DNA from: Chrysomallon squamiferum
Lineage: Eukaryota > Animalia > Mollusca
NCBI GenBank assembly: GCA_012295275.1
Contig: CM022669.1
Span: 11,904,001 to 11,968,000 of the forward strand
Length of the DNA: 64,000 nt
Reading direction: 5' to 3'
Part shown: positions 1 through 14,074 of the stretch, in pieces
Numbering within the stretch: position 1 is the first letter of the stretch
Layout: each line of letters starts with the position of its first letter
Notes under the pieces: generated by a model
What the model was told of the DNA's origin: nothing
The model's database searches: none
The model's input: the letters and a program-made list of their open reading frames with translations, nothing else
Program-made: the position numbers and the translations under genes

Positions 1-631
1 ATGAACTATAAATGATAACATGAGCAAACCCATCTTTTTTTGCCAAAAATGGATTCAACTGTATTTTAAAATAACTATTTCAGCAGTGTCTAACTGTGAT
101 TTACTGAAACAATTCCCTAATATCCAGCTCTGAATTATTGATCAAACACTCATCCAGTGTCAACTGCACTATAATATGATTGTGGAACATGCCCAGGCTC
201 AATGCCACTTTCTCTCCCCTGCTCAGAGACTGTCCTGAAGAATAGGCAATCTGAAATACGCATGGCATCAGTGAACATGGCCAGTGTGTGATGTTCCCAC
301 TATTAGTTTGATAACTTTAATGGAAACTCCAATGAAGAAGCATCTCTGGGGATGGTATAAAATTATCAGTGTTTTCTTACTTGTGGTTTAACTGTTGCCA
401 TTGATTACTTCTGCCACATTGACAGAGAGATGCAGACTGTTGGCAATGGTTTTCATCATGCATTCTATATGATCGTTTAGGAAATAATGATAAAAAGGAA
501 AATTCGGAAGAAAATAAATTATGTTGCAAATATAATTTTTATTTACTGCTAATATTTTTAATACTGATTGTCTAGTTGTCACAAGACAAATACAAAAATG
601 AATTAAATGGTTTTAATGGTATCCAGTTGAG

Positions 632-695
632 TGATGATGATGATGATAATAATCATAATAATAGTATTAATATTAATAATAATATTAATATTAAT

Positions 696-748
<53 letters not shown>

Positions 749-772
749 TAACAATAACAATAACAATAATAA
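632..772. repeat. (GAT)/(AAT)n/(AAC)n compound microsatellite
   Basis: Read directly from the sequence. Confidence 0.95.
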
Positions 773-1557
773 CATATAAACAAAACTTCTATGTCCTTAT
801 GCTTTCTCATTATCTAGCCCAAGGGATAATACAGACCAAACATTTGTAAACACATTAAACTCTAATACATTTCAATGACCTTTCCAGGCCAGTGCACGAT
901 TTTGTATCCAAGAAATATCAATACTTTCATACAAAATCTTCAGGAATGTATTGTAGAGGCTAGTACTGCCATCTTATTATAACATTAACAAAACATGTAA
1001 CATGAATTCCATTTTAACTGTAAGTAATAATAGTAATGATGATGACAATTATATTTTTAATTCCTCTGAAATACAAGGACTTTTCAATGACATAGTAGAT
1101 GTATGTCATTTTTTTTTAATCTGGACATTCCAGCACAAATTTCAAGTGTTTTCAAGGATTTCAGAATATTTAACAACCATGAACAGGGATAAGTTAACAG
1201 ATAAAATACTGTTGTCAGGATAAATCAAGACAGCCAATTAAATTTGTGTCTTTTGAAACAAAAGATCCTTATGTTAATGACATTGTCATGGATGAGCAAT
1301 ATAATTCACAGTTCGTTTCAGAAACACCTTTTCACACATGTACTATTATTTTTATTATTATTAATGGTAACTGTGGGCAGGTGATTACTGATAATATTTT
1401 GTAACCTAACAACTATACCATAACAGAATAACAAATAAACATTATTACTAGAGGTAATCATAATTACATACATTTTAAATTATTTTCATTATTTTTTTTT
1501 TTATACATAACACGTACTAAACTGGACTACAGAAAATAACTGAAATCTAAAACTTAC

Positions 1558-4500
1558 CAAAGCAGGTTTCTTCTCCATAATCTTTGCCATGTTTGATCAT
1601 ATGTTCTCCCAAAATGCCTTCAGGTTGTGGATATGGGGCAACTTTTCCTTGTCCACGTATTTTTGATATAGTATTCATGGTGGATAGTTTTGCTCTTGAT
1701 GCTGTGAAAAATAAAATAAAATAAAATAAAATAAAATAAAATAAAATAAAATAAAATAAAATAAAATAAAATAAAATAAAATAAAATAATTAAGTAATTA
1801 ATTAATTATCTTAAAATTGTTTTACGTAATTTTAAACAAATAACTTTAGCACATAAAACAATCTAAAAACAAAGCCTTTCATAAGATAAAAAATAACTGA
1901 TTATAATCATTTTAGATAGAAAAATCTGTTTTAAATCATCATCTTACCTGGATTTGGTTGCAGATATTCTTGTGTTTTGATAATGAGATCATCCACCAAC
2001 TTTCCCAGCACATCAATTTTCTAGCAAATAATGAGACCAAAATTGTTAATTTAAAAATATATATGTTCTAAAAACCAACTTTATGTTTAACAATAAGAAA
2101 AAGAAAATTATCAAAATTCACTGAACAAAAATAATAGTAATAAATATTTTAAGCCAAATCATCTTTTAATCAAAAATGAAAAATAAAAACCATATTAATT
2201 GTAATTTGTACACAATACTGAAATTTTAAATTATCTTTAGCAGCCAATATACATGTGAAGGTAATGATATAACATATGCAATGAAAAGGCAATAACTGAA
2301 AATAAAATAATTATAATGAGTTCGTAAATGACATTTAAAGTAATTATTAGATTGTCCAGGGTTTTATATATAACTGTGAAGAAACCATTTATAAATAAAT
2401 TATTCTTAAAAAACAATGATGTTAAAGAAAACAATAAGAGAATGGAATTATACAGATAAATAGACAGACAGCCAGATGGACAGCCAGACTGACTCATAGC
2501 TAGATGGATGCGGTCTATAAAAATAAATATAAATATAATGATTAAGCTAAATGAACTTCACTGTGTCTACATACTCTTGGGTTTTTGGAAAACAATATTT
2601 GTATGTCACTGAAATATTTCAAAATTTTTGTTAAGTAAAAAAAAAAATTTACTGTGAGCATGGAATAAAGAATACATATATTATATCTCAGTGTGCTTTG
2701 TTTCAATGTACTGAAGTTATCCACATTATTTGTGCATTTTAAAATGTATGTATTTCTGCACAGTATTATCATTCAATTTTTTGAGGTTATCAAGTTGAAC
2801 ATACTTTACAATCCCAGGAATTTTAATTGGCTTCAAGTAAGTTTAAAAAACCAGAAAGATATATAATAAAGGACATGTAAGTTAAAAAGGTTAAGTCAAA
2901 TTGTCTTAATGTAGATCGTATGTTGAGAGTTTTTTGGCTGGGATTTCTTTTTTCTTTTTTGTTTGTTTCTTTATTATTATTATTTGTTTTTGTTTTTTAG
3001 GGTACATCTGTTTACCTAAAAATCAAGCCCACACATTTACTACTCAGCTATGTTTAATAATATCAAAGAAATTCAGCAGTGAAATACATAAATATCAAAT
3101 AATGTATTGTTTAGAGGTGGTAATACTGGACTTTGCTGTATAACAGCACTGAAAATACGTATGATTTATGATATATATGATACCACTTTTTACATGTTTT
3201 TCTGAAGAAGGTTGTATTCTGAATATAAAATTTTAACTGTAGTTGGTTTACCCTGATTTATGTTTTATACACATCTGTTCACATTAATTTAAGAGGGGTC
3301 ATAAATAAGGAAAAATTTCTGTTTATCCAACAAACAAGCTGGGAAAGACATGTTGCATCTGTGACATTTTATACTTTAGACAGGAATAAAAATCACAGAA
3401 AAAAAGCAAAACATATCAGAATTCAGTAAAGTAACCTCCTGTTATCTTTCTCACCAGTAATTTGACATTCTATTTCTATTCATCACTGGATCTCCATTAT
3501 TATCTAACCTGTAAAGGGCTGCCTTCATCTCACAGCAATCTAAAGTGGCAAGTTATTTAACAATATGCTACTTTTCTTTTTTACAATACTGGATGAACTG
3601 AACAAGGATAGATGATAAATAAATGTCATCAATTTTGTTTCTTCCTAACAAGCCAAAAACAAACTTAAGAAATAAATCACTAAAATGATTGATTGATTAA
3701 TTAATTAAGCTGTTAAATAAAAATGACTAATTAGTTAGTATACTCTTGCTGAGATGCAGGTTCTGTTAACTAGGTTATGTACCAAATTAACATTCAAATA
3801 AAAGCTAAAATATTATCCAAAATATTATCAATAAAATGTAGCACTTACGTCTCATAGTGTAATATTTATATTAGTATTTTTTTTTAAGATAGAAAATTAC
3901 TACTAACTAAGCATCACGTATTACTCATTATTTTACCAGTGATCTCAGGCCATCACATTTAATGGAATAGGTTTATTTAAAACTGAATTAACTAAATTAC
4001 CACCATTCAGAAATATAAATGTTCGCTTTTTTGTGTTTGTTTTTGTTTTTAAATATAAAAAAATCACGTTATAATTAAAACATAACTTTTAAAATAATTT
4101 TTAAAATGTTAATACTGTGCCCATGCTGAGTTACTAAAAATACAGTTATTTGTACAAAGCTGTGGAAAGGTGTAAATAAAAGGTTCCTAGGTGCAAAAGG
4201 AATAAAGAGGCTCTAGAAGTAGCAACAATGGTTTCTTTTCTCTCTACAAAACACTCCGTATTGACATAAAAATTATTCAAAAAAATAAAATAAATAAATA
4301 ATAATAATAATAAATTTGCTGCAGAATTTGTATATTTCATTTCAGAATAATTAACAGATTTTCACACCTTCGTTTTATTTTTTAAAAATCTTTAATGTTA
4401 AAATATTCTAGTAAACTATTTTACCTTTTGACCCTACAATACACTGTGTTGAGATGAAACATTATGTGCATTACTGTTTGTTTCATAATGGGTCACATGG

Positions 4501-4968
4501 TACAAAGGTGTGTTAATGTACTTGGAAAAAAGCCCAATATTTTTTATACAAATACAGATAATATTTATCTTTGATCAAGTGAAAATTATTTTAGTATCTT
4601 ATGCAGATACATTCTCTCTCTCTCTCCCTCTCTCTCTCTCTCTCTCAGTATTAATATAAACCTATTAATAATGTTCAGATATACTTAAATAAATCTCTAT
4701 AATTGAAAAATACTGCTGAACTTGAAGGACATTCCATTAACTGGTGTCATCTTCATTATTTGTTGGAATTACTCAAAAACCTGTTAAAAATTAAAATTAA
4801 ATAAAAGATAATGAATACTTACTCTTTCCATTTCTGTGAATTCATCATCAAGTTCTGTTCCTTTAGCACCTCCAATCTTTTCACTCATATACTGAAGATA
4901 AATAAAATCTTTCATTTACAGTTTTGCTGTGTATGTCTAAACATATATACACATATACATGCATACAA

Positions 4969-5003
<35 letters not shown>

Positions 5004-6099
5004 TATATAAACATACACATACACAATTGCTATTCTATATTATATATGGGATCATTATATTGTTCAGTGAATTTAACATTGCATTCTAACACAATAACCA
5101 ATATATAAATCTCAGGAGAAGTGGATAAAAAGTATATATATATATATATATTTTTTTTAAATTGACTGAAAAAAAAAAATAATAATACTAATAATGGATT
5201 AATTTTTATTTTATCTACTTTTCTTACAAACTGTGCACATTGTAATTTATATGATCTGCATATTGTACTGTAAGTAATGAAAGGCAATGACATTAATTTA
5301 TTATTTAAGTTGTTTTGTTTTTGTTGTTTGTTTTTAATAATATTTTTCTTGTAATTAACACACACACAACAGACATATTAATGCAACTCCACATATATAT
5401 ATATAAACTCAACAATAAATAAAACATTAGGTATTACTTGATACTTTATTTATACTGAAATCATCCTGATGATAAACAAATTACCAGATTGTTCTTTTAA
5501 GAAATTACGTTTTGCTGCGATTACAAATTTGTCTCTTGCCTGTTTATTTTCAGTTACAACTTTTTCTTTCCTTTTATTTGTTTAAACTTACTGATTAAAA
5601 GGAATATTTGTTGTATCGTAAGTAAATCACTTAGTAGCATAGATGAGGGTACTGATACACGCTTTTAATAATTTTGAATATACTCAATACTCATTATACT
5701 GTATTAAAGATATATTATATGATATACAATAATACATGATCATTTACATGTATATACTTCCTGAATCTAAAATTATATATTCAGTTAATAGTCGTAATAG
5801 AACACAATGTCTTCAATGGTTAATAAATTAATAATAAAAATTACTGTTAATATCATAAATAAATTCAGTGTACCAAATCAAAAATATCAAACAAAAGACA
5901 GACAGATCGCATTTTGACAGGGGAGTTTTATGAATCAGAATGTGAACCGGTCGAAACACCTCAACATTTCTGTTCTATTGAAAGGAATATCGAATTAAGA
6001 CATTACTATAACCAATGTAACAACAAATTAATAATTTCTGTTAATAAATAGTACCTGGTTAGCTTTGTTAAGCTGCTTCTTTAGCCCTGCAAACGACAT
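1558..6099 (-). CDS. EndoA: Endophilin A (SH3GL1/2/3 family), N-BAR domain, first 4 coding exons; the rest lies left of the window
   Basis: GT-AG exons 6099-6055, 4891-4823, 2020-1948, 1701-1558 splice in frame: MSFAGLKKQLNKANQ/YMSEKIGGAKGTELDDEFTEMER/KIDVLGKLVDDLIIKTQEYLQPNP/ASRAKLSTMNTISKIRGQGKVAPYPQPEGILGEHMIKHGKDYGEETCF. This is the endophilin-A N-terminus. Confidence 0.96.
1707..1788. repeat. (AAAAT)n pentamer repeat forming the acceptor tract of endophilin exon 4
   Basis: Read directly from the sequence. Confidence 0.95.
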
Positions 6100-6610
6100 T
6101 ATGTCAAAATGTTCAACGTATGTTCCTCTCTCGTGACTGATGTGAATTTCCTCCCACTAACAGGGCATCCCTGATGACATCACAAGGGTGCTATTCACTT
6201 GATAGCAATTGTGACAAGTTAAAATTATGACCTGTTTAAAAGCTCATTAGTTGATGTGAACGATTTTATAATTTTAAATAATGAATCAAAAGATTCAGTG
6301 ACTATATATAGACAGAATTGTTATTATTGCCTTTTTAAAATAGTAGGTAAACAAACTATTAGGAACAGCTCTTTAATTTAGTTAATAAGTGTAGTGATTA
6401 AGTTAATAGTAAAAACGTAAATAAACAGAAAAATAAAGAAAAAATGAAAGAAAACAACAACCAAAAAAACAATGATATGAAGAAAAAAAAAAAAGACAAA
6501 TATTTTTGTAAAATTAAAATTTTCAGGACTGAAAATTGCAGTTATCTAGAAAGAGATTTTTTTAATAAATTTATAAATAAAAAAAATATGTAGAATTACA
6601 AATTTCTATA

Positions 6611-6613
<3 letters not shown>

Positions 6614-6693
<80 letters not shown>
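6614..6693. repeat. (CT)n(TA)n microsatellite
   Basis: Read directly from the sequence. Confidence 0.95.
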
Positions 6694-6696
<3 letters not shown>

Positions 6697-9600
6697 AATT
6701 TCTGTGATAAATAAACATGGTTAAGATAGATATATAACAGATATATATATATATATATATATATATTATTTAGTTTTTATATATACATAATAAAATATGT
6801 AAATATAGCGATACATTTGCAGAAGAGTAGCAGTTATCGAATATATGCTAATTAAGAATACCAATTTTCCTGTTATTAATTTGAAACGTATTAAGATAAT
6901 AACTTCATTATATTAAGTTAATCAGTTGCCATATATTTAAATCCAAATAATAAATTTGTTCTGACTGGATATCATTCTTTGTCACAGTATTCATTACAAA
7001 AATATTAATATCTCTAACAACTGGGTGAACATTGTTTCGATATCCAAATGTAAACTGTCGTGTAGATAATCGTCCCTCTAAAATCAAAAAACAGTAACAT
7101 CCGGTTGTTTTCATTTCAGAAGTGGCACGCAAAACAAAATCTCATTTTGTAATGTCTCCTTTCATTTTTATTTCATTTTTAATATTGCCTAAGCCATTAT
7201 TTTGCTTTAATTAGATTGCAGTATTAAGGAATAACAAATGTAACCAATTTACCCAATCGGCCTTCTCCGTGTATTTACTCCATTTTATTGTGACAGAATT
7301 TAACAATTTTGTTTCCACCGCGCCAATTTCAAAATCTAAGATTTTCACTGAGAACTTTACTTATCTTTACAGAAGTGTCGTATATATGAAAGTAAAATTA
7401 TTAGGGTATTCAGGTATTCTGTCTTCCTACAAAATGTTATTATAGTAGGTTGTGGTCACTAATGTATTTGATGCTTTTGTTTGTATCATTTATTTTCAGT
7501 TTCAGTGCATTCTTCATAAAACTAATGACAAATGTTATTACTTTAACCAGTTTGTTATTTGACTTGATATTTAGAAACCTAACTTATTATCACTGTTAAA
7601 TATATATATATATTGTTATTATTTATTTTATAATAATTACTTTTTTTGCATATAATTTCAGGATCCTTTTCATTATAAATATCAAATTATATCAAAGCTT
7701 GAATTTATCTAGATAAATTAGTCATTCATAAAATTTCATGTCTTTTTTTTTTTTTTTTTTTTTTTGAAATATTGAAACATGTATTTCTCTGATAGTCTAG
7801 CTTAATGTCAAGAAAACGTTTTTTGTTGTTATTGTCTGTTGTTTGGTTTTTTTGCTTTGTTACTGTTAACGAAACTTCCAGTTTTATCCACCTATTTATG
7901 TTATAATATTAAATTTATACACACACACTACATTATTCCTTATTTGTGTATTGCATCTTGTCAAGTATGATTCCAAGGTAGAATGACAAAATATATGTAG
8001 TTCATTTTCTGAACAATAAACTTGCAATAAATTGTACTGTAAATAATAAATAATTCAAATAAACAGTTTTTAAAAATTAAATTTATTAAACTGAATATAT
8101 AAAATTAACACATTTATCTGTAAAATAAAACGTTTATTTTTTCTCACAAAAATAGATCTGTATACTTGAATACATTGCTTACACATGTATGAACTATCAA
8201 TAATCACAAAACATTCCCAGAATTGCTTACACCCAAAGTGTTTATTGGTTGTTCAGATGTCTTCCTTATATGATGTATGTTTGCCATGTGCCAATGCCTG
8301 TTATTGTGGCACCAAAAATACAAGTTTTCTTACAATGAATTCAGTTCTGGTTTTTTAACAGTTCAAGAGGAAAGCAAAAAATAAGTATTATGATACTTAT
8401 TCTCTCTATTAATATTTATAATTTATCTTGAAATAAAAAAAAATGTAATAAAAATAGATCTATGCTTTTGGTGCCAAAATTCTGATGAATTTCCCTTTAA
8501 TTCTGCTGTCCATAAGCATATCCTTATGATGTTAGATTGAAACAAAATAATAAAATTATTTAACAGGTAGATTTAATGTTAACATTTTACTGAGATAAAC
8601 GTTTTATTAATTATGTACAGAAAAAACAAAATATTCAAACCAATATGTATTTGAAATTGCATGAAAATTAAATTAAATAAACACCAAAACACACCATACA
8701 GTTATATACATATTGCACACACACACACACACTCACACACAAAAATTCATTAACTTAAAAAAAATATATATTTTGAAAACAACATTAAGAAATATATTAA
8801 AAACAAAAATATAATAACACAAATATAAAAATAATAACAACAAAAACAAAAAATCACTGGCATACATTAAACTTAGAAATAAAAATTAATTTTACAAGCA
8901 ATAAAATGTAAACAATATATTCCATGTACTGTGTTACTTGAATGTGTGACTGAAGTATACATACATGACTATAAAAATGGGATTAAAACTTTCAGACCAC
9001 ATACTTAAAACACCAACTATGTTGTCAATGTCTTCGAGTCATTTAAGATTTCACTCAAAAAACATGATTAGACTGAAATAGAATGTCTGCCAGCAATAAT
9101 TATAAAATACACAGATACGCAATCATCTAAAACTTAATTAAATAATAAATGAAAATACTATTTGACAACTTCTGAAAGTATCTGTCAAATTTCAGTGCAT
9201 AGCTGGTACAAATGTTATTTTGAATCATGTTTTTAGAAACTGAAACTAGTTGAACGAAACAGTTCTTGCTGTTTTTAAGAAAATAAATTAAGTAAAAGAA
9301 AATTAGTTTTAGATACTGAAGGACAGATTTTAACAAAGTATTCCTAATGAGCAAAAATTGAAATTTTGGTTTCTACAAAGAGAAAAAAAAACAAAAAATT
9401 AGTTTGATAAGCTTGGTTCTATACTTTGTTGCAGAACTACTTTCAGTGGATTATGAATTATCAGTTCCCTGAGATTTCATGAAAGATACTTGTTAGAATA
9501 CATTTAAAAAAAAAAAATGCATATAACCTCCTTGAACTAATGCCTCTTTTTTTTTTATCATTAATTTCCTAAAATTTATAATTTGACAGATAAAAGTTAA

Positions 9601-10361
9601 CAGTTAATCTGAATACAATATATTTTTGTTACCCAGTTCAGTACTACTGATTATAAAGATTAATTACATTGTTATCATGCTTTATATTTCTTTCCGGTTC
9701 TTCCCACACTACAACTTAACTGAATGCAAAAGTTTTGTTTTTGATTACAAAAATACAACAAACTGAAGATGCAAGAAATATACCTTGCACACATTTTCAG
9801 TGGAACTGCAAAATTACCAATATTAATTAAAATATATTTGTATACATGTTACTTTTTAAAATATTTTTAAACAAATCGGGTATCATTTTGACAGAAATCT
9901 TATTTTAACCTTAACAGCATATGATAAAACATTTTCATTTAAAGATGATACTTAGCCAAAGCTGTGGATAAATGGTGACAATACATACAAAAGAACAATG
10001 TAACAATGTTATTTTTATAATTTTCCGCGATAAACAAACTATTTATGACTAATCTTTGGCTAAGCTGTTTTATAAACTTATTATTACCATATACCTAAAA
10101 GTTCCCACCCCAAATTTGGCATTAATAAAAAGCTCAAAAGTTTCTTTGAATGACAGAAGGGAAAAATGGGCTTGAATCTTAAATTTTCCAAGATCTATTC
10201 TAGTGCAATATATAGCATGAGTCAAATAAATAATCTGAAATGGTTGTATATATTTACTTATATATCTGCCCTAAACAATATTTATTTTAGCTGAAATTAA
10301 TTTTTTGGGGATGACATTAGTTACTAAGAGTTGGTAAAGTTATTTTTTTTAAATGAAATAC

Positions 10362-10946
10362 TTATTTAAAGTAGGTAATGGAAGAACACATCAGTGCTAG
10401 GACAGCTGCATTGTAGGCATGATCAATAAGGAAGACAACCATTGACTGAGTGTTGAAGGCAACATGGGGAATATCAGCAATGGAAATAAGAGCAGCAAGA
10501 CCAAGGCCAGTTTGAGCAGCTTCTGACACACATTCAATTTGAAATAACCTGACAAAACAAATTGATTAAATTATAAAAGTTATAAAGTAGAATTATAAGT
10601 TATTAATTATGAAATATATTATCAAATAATATCTTCTAAATAATTATGACATTTAAAAAGATGTCTTTAAGTTCACAATAATAAACACACATACATACAC
10701 ATACTGATAAAAATAATAAAATTTAAAAAATTAAATTACTTACGGCATAATGTATGAGAGAAGAAGTACCATAGTTGTTTGAGCTACAAATGATAAAGCA
10801 CATGCACATGCATTACATTCAGGTTTTTTAGTTGTTGTACCAGGAAATGCATACTTGCACCATACACTGCCAAATAGAAATCGTGAGTACCAAACCAGTT
10901 GCAAAAACTGACTTGCAAAAAGGCCAGCAAGAGCACCCAAGAGCAT
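10362..10946 (-). CDS. DUF1761-like small multi-pass membrane protein, 129 aa
   Basis: Coding exons 10946-10744 and 10548-10362 (GT-AG, phase 2). Likely non-coding first exon with a GTAAG donor near 11571. Protein MLLGALAGLFASQFLQLVWYSRFLFGSVWCKYAFPG...VVFLIDHAYNAAVLALMCSSITYFK has about 4 hydrophobic segments. WYS-x-x-LFG-x-x-W and FLID-x-x-Y motifs resemble DUF1761 (family call from memory). Confidence 0.8.
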
Positions 10947-11355
10947 TTTTTCTGAGAAAAAAAAAATAAAAACAACCAAGATAGATGTAGCTTTAGCAAT
11001 GACACTTTTATATTTTGATAACAGTACAAAGAAAAATAACAATGTTAATAATAATAAATAAACAATTTCTTTTTTTATTATTATTTTTGTTTTTATTATA
11101 TTAATACAAAATCTATTTAAATATTAACTTTCAAGTTCTTAAATTATCTATTAACAATACACATATGTATACTAATGTGAACAAAACAAAGTATTTATAA
11201 ATATATTTATATATTTATATTTATTATAAAATTACATTTTTTTCCTGACATATTTTCCGATGAACACGTTATACAATTTTGTTATTGTTGTTATTAATTT
11301 ATTCTACAGTGGAAAAAGTGGATATCAGTGAACAGTAATAATAATAAAAATTAGA

Positions 11356-11380
11356 ATAAATAATAATAATAATAATAATA

Positions 11381-11448
<68 letters not shown>
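11356..11448. repeat. (AAT)n microsatellite
   Basis: Read directly from the sequence. Confidence 0.95.
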
Positions 11449-11450
<2 letters not shown>

Positions 11451-11569
11451 TTATTAATTAAATAATTAATAAAAACACATAATATGGATCATTCTAACTT
11501 AAAATAACAAACCAAAAAATTACTATTTAAAATGAACACTTCTTATCTAAATTTGGCGTTGGTCAACTT

Positions 11570-12408
11570 ACATTTCAACGCAAGCGTTTCTTTGAGCGTA
11601 GTCTTGATGTTCACTTTAAAAAATGGCGTCTGCTAAACTTCCAGAGAAAGAAAATTTTATTATAAAAGTTTAAAATGTCATTTTCAGCCGAAATAAAATT
11701 CCATTCAAATGCAGGTTTACAATAAATATAGTTATTATTCTGACCAATTATTGTTCCCTAATTAGTTAAAATAAAATAAATAATAAATTAAATTTTAAAA
11801 AAAACACAATTTAATTAAATCACAAAACCGTTCTCATAACGTGAACTGATATGTCAAATAAAAAGTCTTCTGCTTTAAATTTTGTCAAGAGATAAAAAAA
11901 ATTAAAAGTTTTAACATGATATTAATATTTAAATTATTATCTATTTTTCTGAAAAAACTCACAAGAATCGGTGAACTGTGAATAATTTTGAGTAAGTTAT
12001 ATTCCCGCTAAAAACAAGGCAAAATATGCAGATTTTTAGAAGAATAACGGCTAGCCAATCCGAATTTCGCCCAAGTTTTCCGATCTTTTACGATCTTACC
12101 ATTCGTGATGTATCGATTAGTTCCGGGATTATGTTATGGTGGAAATGCATCTTTGGACGCGTAAATTTTTGGAAGGAGTTAAAATTACTGAAAAGAAAAG
12201 ATAATTATACTGATTCATGTATGGTCTTTCTGTTTGATGTCTAATAATTTGTTTAGTGATTTTCTTGTATTAATTTTCCAATGAATACGTCTTTATTTTA
12301 TTTTTACGAAACAGTAATAATTCGTCTGTTTCCGAGAATGTTCCGGCATTCCGAGCCAAAAACAAAAACTACCACAAGTTGATGATGGGTTAATAGAGAA
12401 ATAAAATT
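11570..12408. promoter_or_regulatory. Divergent promoter region between the DUF1761-like gene and SNAPC3
   Basis: CpG-containing segments in a CpG-poor background; YY1-like AAAATGGCG at 11620-11628; head-to-head gene arrangement. Confidence 0.55.
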
Positions 12409-12799
12409 ATGGAAACCTCTGTTGGGTCAAATGATTTTCAAGTTTCAGAATATATAAATATTGGTAGTTTTATTAATGAATGGGATGATTCGGCCCGTTC
12501 ATCATGTGAAACACCAATAGAAGGAACGAACGAAAGATATAAACTGGCTGAAAAAATGGGAATAAGTGACGAAACGGTAGACGAACTAACTGATGTATGC
12601 AGGTAAAATAAACAAATAAATGAAAAAAAAAAAAGTTACTAAATTTTAAAGGTAAAAGCTATTGCATGGTAAATACGGCAACTTATTACAGAAATACAGT
12701 TCACTGTTGATTTATTCCACACTGTAAAATCCGTTTGAAAGTTACTCTTCGTGCATTATGCATGTTATTGTTACTGAATATCTTCTTTCATGTTTTATA

Positions 12800-12844
<45 letters not shown>

Positions 12845-13994
12845 TTTTTTTTTTTTTTTTTTTATTATTATTTTTTTTTTTTCCAGTGTAGATGTTTTAC
12901 AATCAGGAAATGAACCAAGTAAGCAAAATCTTCTCAAGCAGATACCCAAAGATGTGGATTTGTTTTCTGTAAGGTGAGAATATAAACAGTTTTCAGTTTT
13001 GATGTTAATTTTGAATTCTACACATAGTTTATATTTTGTCATCTGGATTTCAAAAACAAAACAAAAAAAGAAACCCACTCTGACAGAGCATATAACTTCA
13101 TGTTAAATATAAGAAATGTTTAGAAATTTCCTGTTATACAAAATGAAATATTAAGGGATTATTATTAGTAGTAGTATTATTATTCTGCTTTAATAATACT
13201 GTATTATCAAACATTGTATGATTTCTTAAACATCATGACGCTTAATAAAAAGTAACAGCTATGTAAATAATGCAATTATTTTATTTTATTATTATCATCA
13301 ACATCATCATCATCATCATGAAGCAGCAGCTGTAGTATCTAATATGTTTCAGATTTCAGAAATATGAGCTAGAACTCAGAAATGATGCAGCCTATAGACA
13401 GCTTGTTGCAAGGAACATGAAATATAACATGTCAGAAAACATAAAGGTATTATATATCTTTAGTTTACACTTAATTAAGAACTTTCACTGGTGTCAGTCA
13501 TAGACATTACTTGTCCACTGTTAAAAGCAATTTCTTGTAGTTCATTAAAACTGATCTTTTTTTTTTTTCATTTAAAAATCCCAGTAATAATAAAATAAGA
13601 ATGGAAGCTGACATAATGTAATTTTAACATACAACACTGAAGTTAACCAGAAGCATAATGATCAGATGAAATTTCATTTGTTTTATGTTTTTAGTGTTCA
13701 GATCATCATCAACAGGTGAAGACAAATATAGAAATGCCTGTTCCTGTACCTAATGTTGTTTTGACTGTTACTATCCATAGACCTTACATTCCAGGACCAA
13801 ATGCAAAAGTAAATACATGTGTATATTTTATACCAAAACATACTTGAATGTATATAACACATGTCAGTGTGTGTTTAACCAAAGATGCTTGAAAATCAGT
13901 TTTATTAACATATCATATTTATTAACACATACACACACACACACACACACTTGCATACCTACCACTGTACAACACACCATTTTCCCTTTAACTG

Positions 13995-14074
<80 letters not shown>

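Noticed and set aside
576-849. Poly-N and poly-I ORFs (also the poly-HT, -SL, -ER and -F ORFs elsewhere)
   Set aside because: Translations of microsatellites.
8518-8525. ATATCCTT U12-type donor motif (also near 58773 and 60742)
   Set aside because: No associated exon or branch site; expected by chance in AT-rich DNA.
10350-10362. GTATTT directly after the DUF1761-like stop codon as a 3' UTR intron donor
   Set aside because: Weak site and no downstream exon could be identified.
12026-12244. 72-aa ORF upstream of SNAPC3
   Set aside because: No recognisable homology and no in-frame splice to SNAPC3; it lies in promoter-like sequence.
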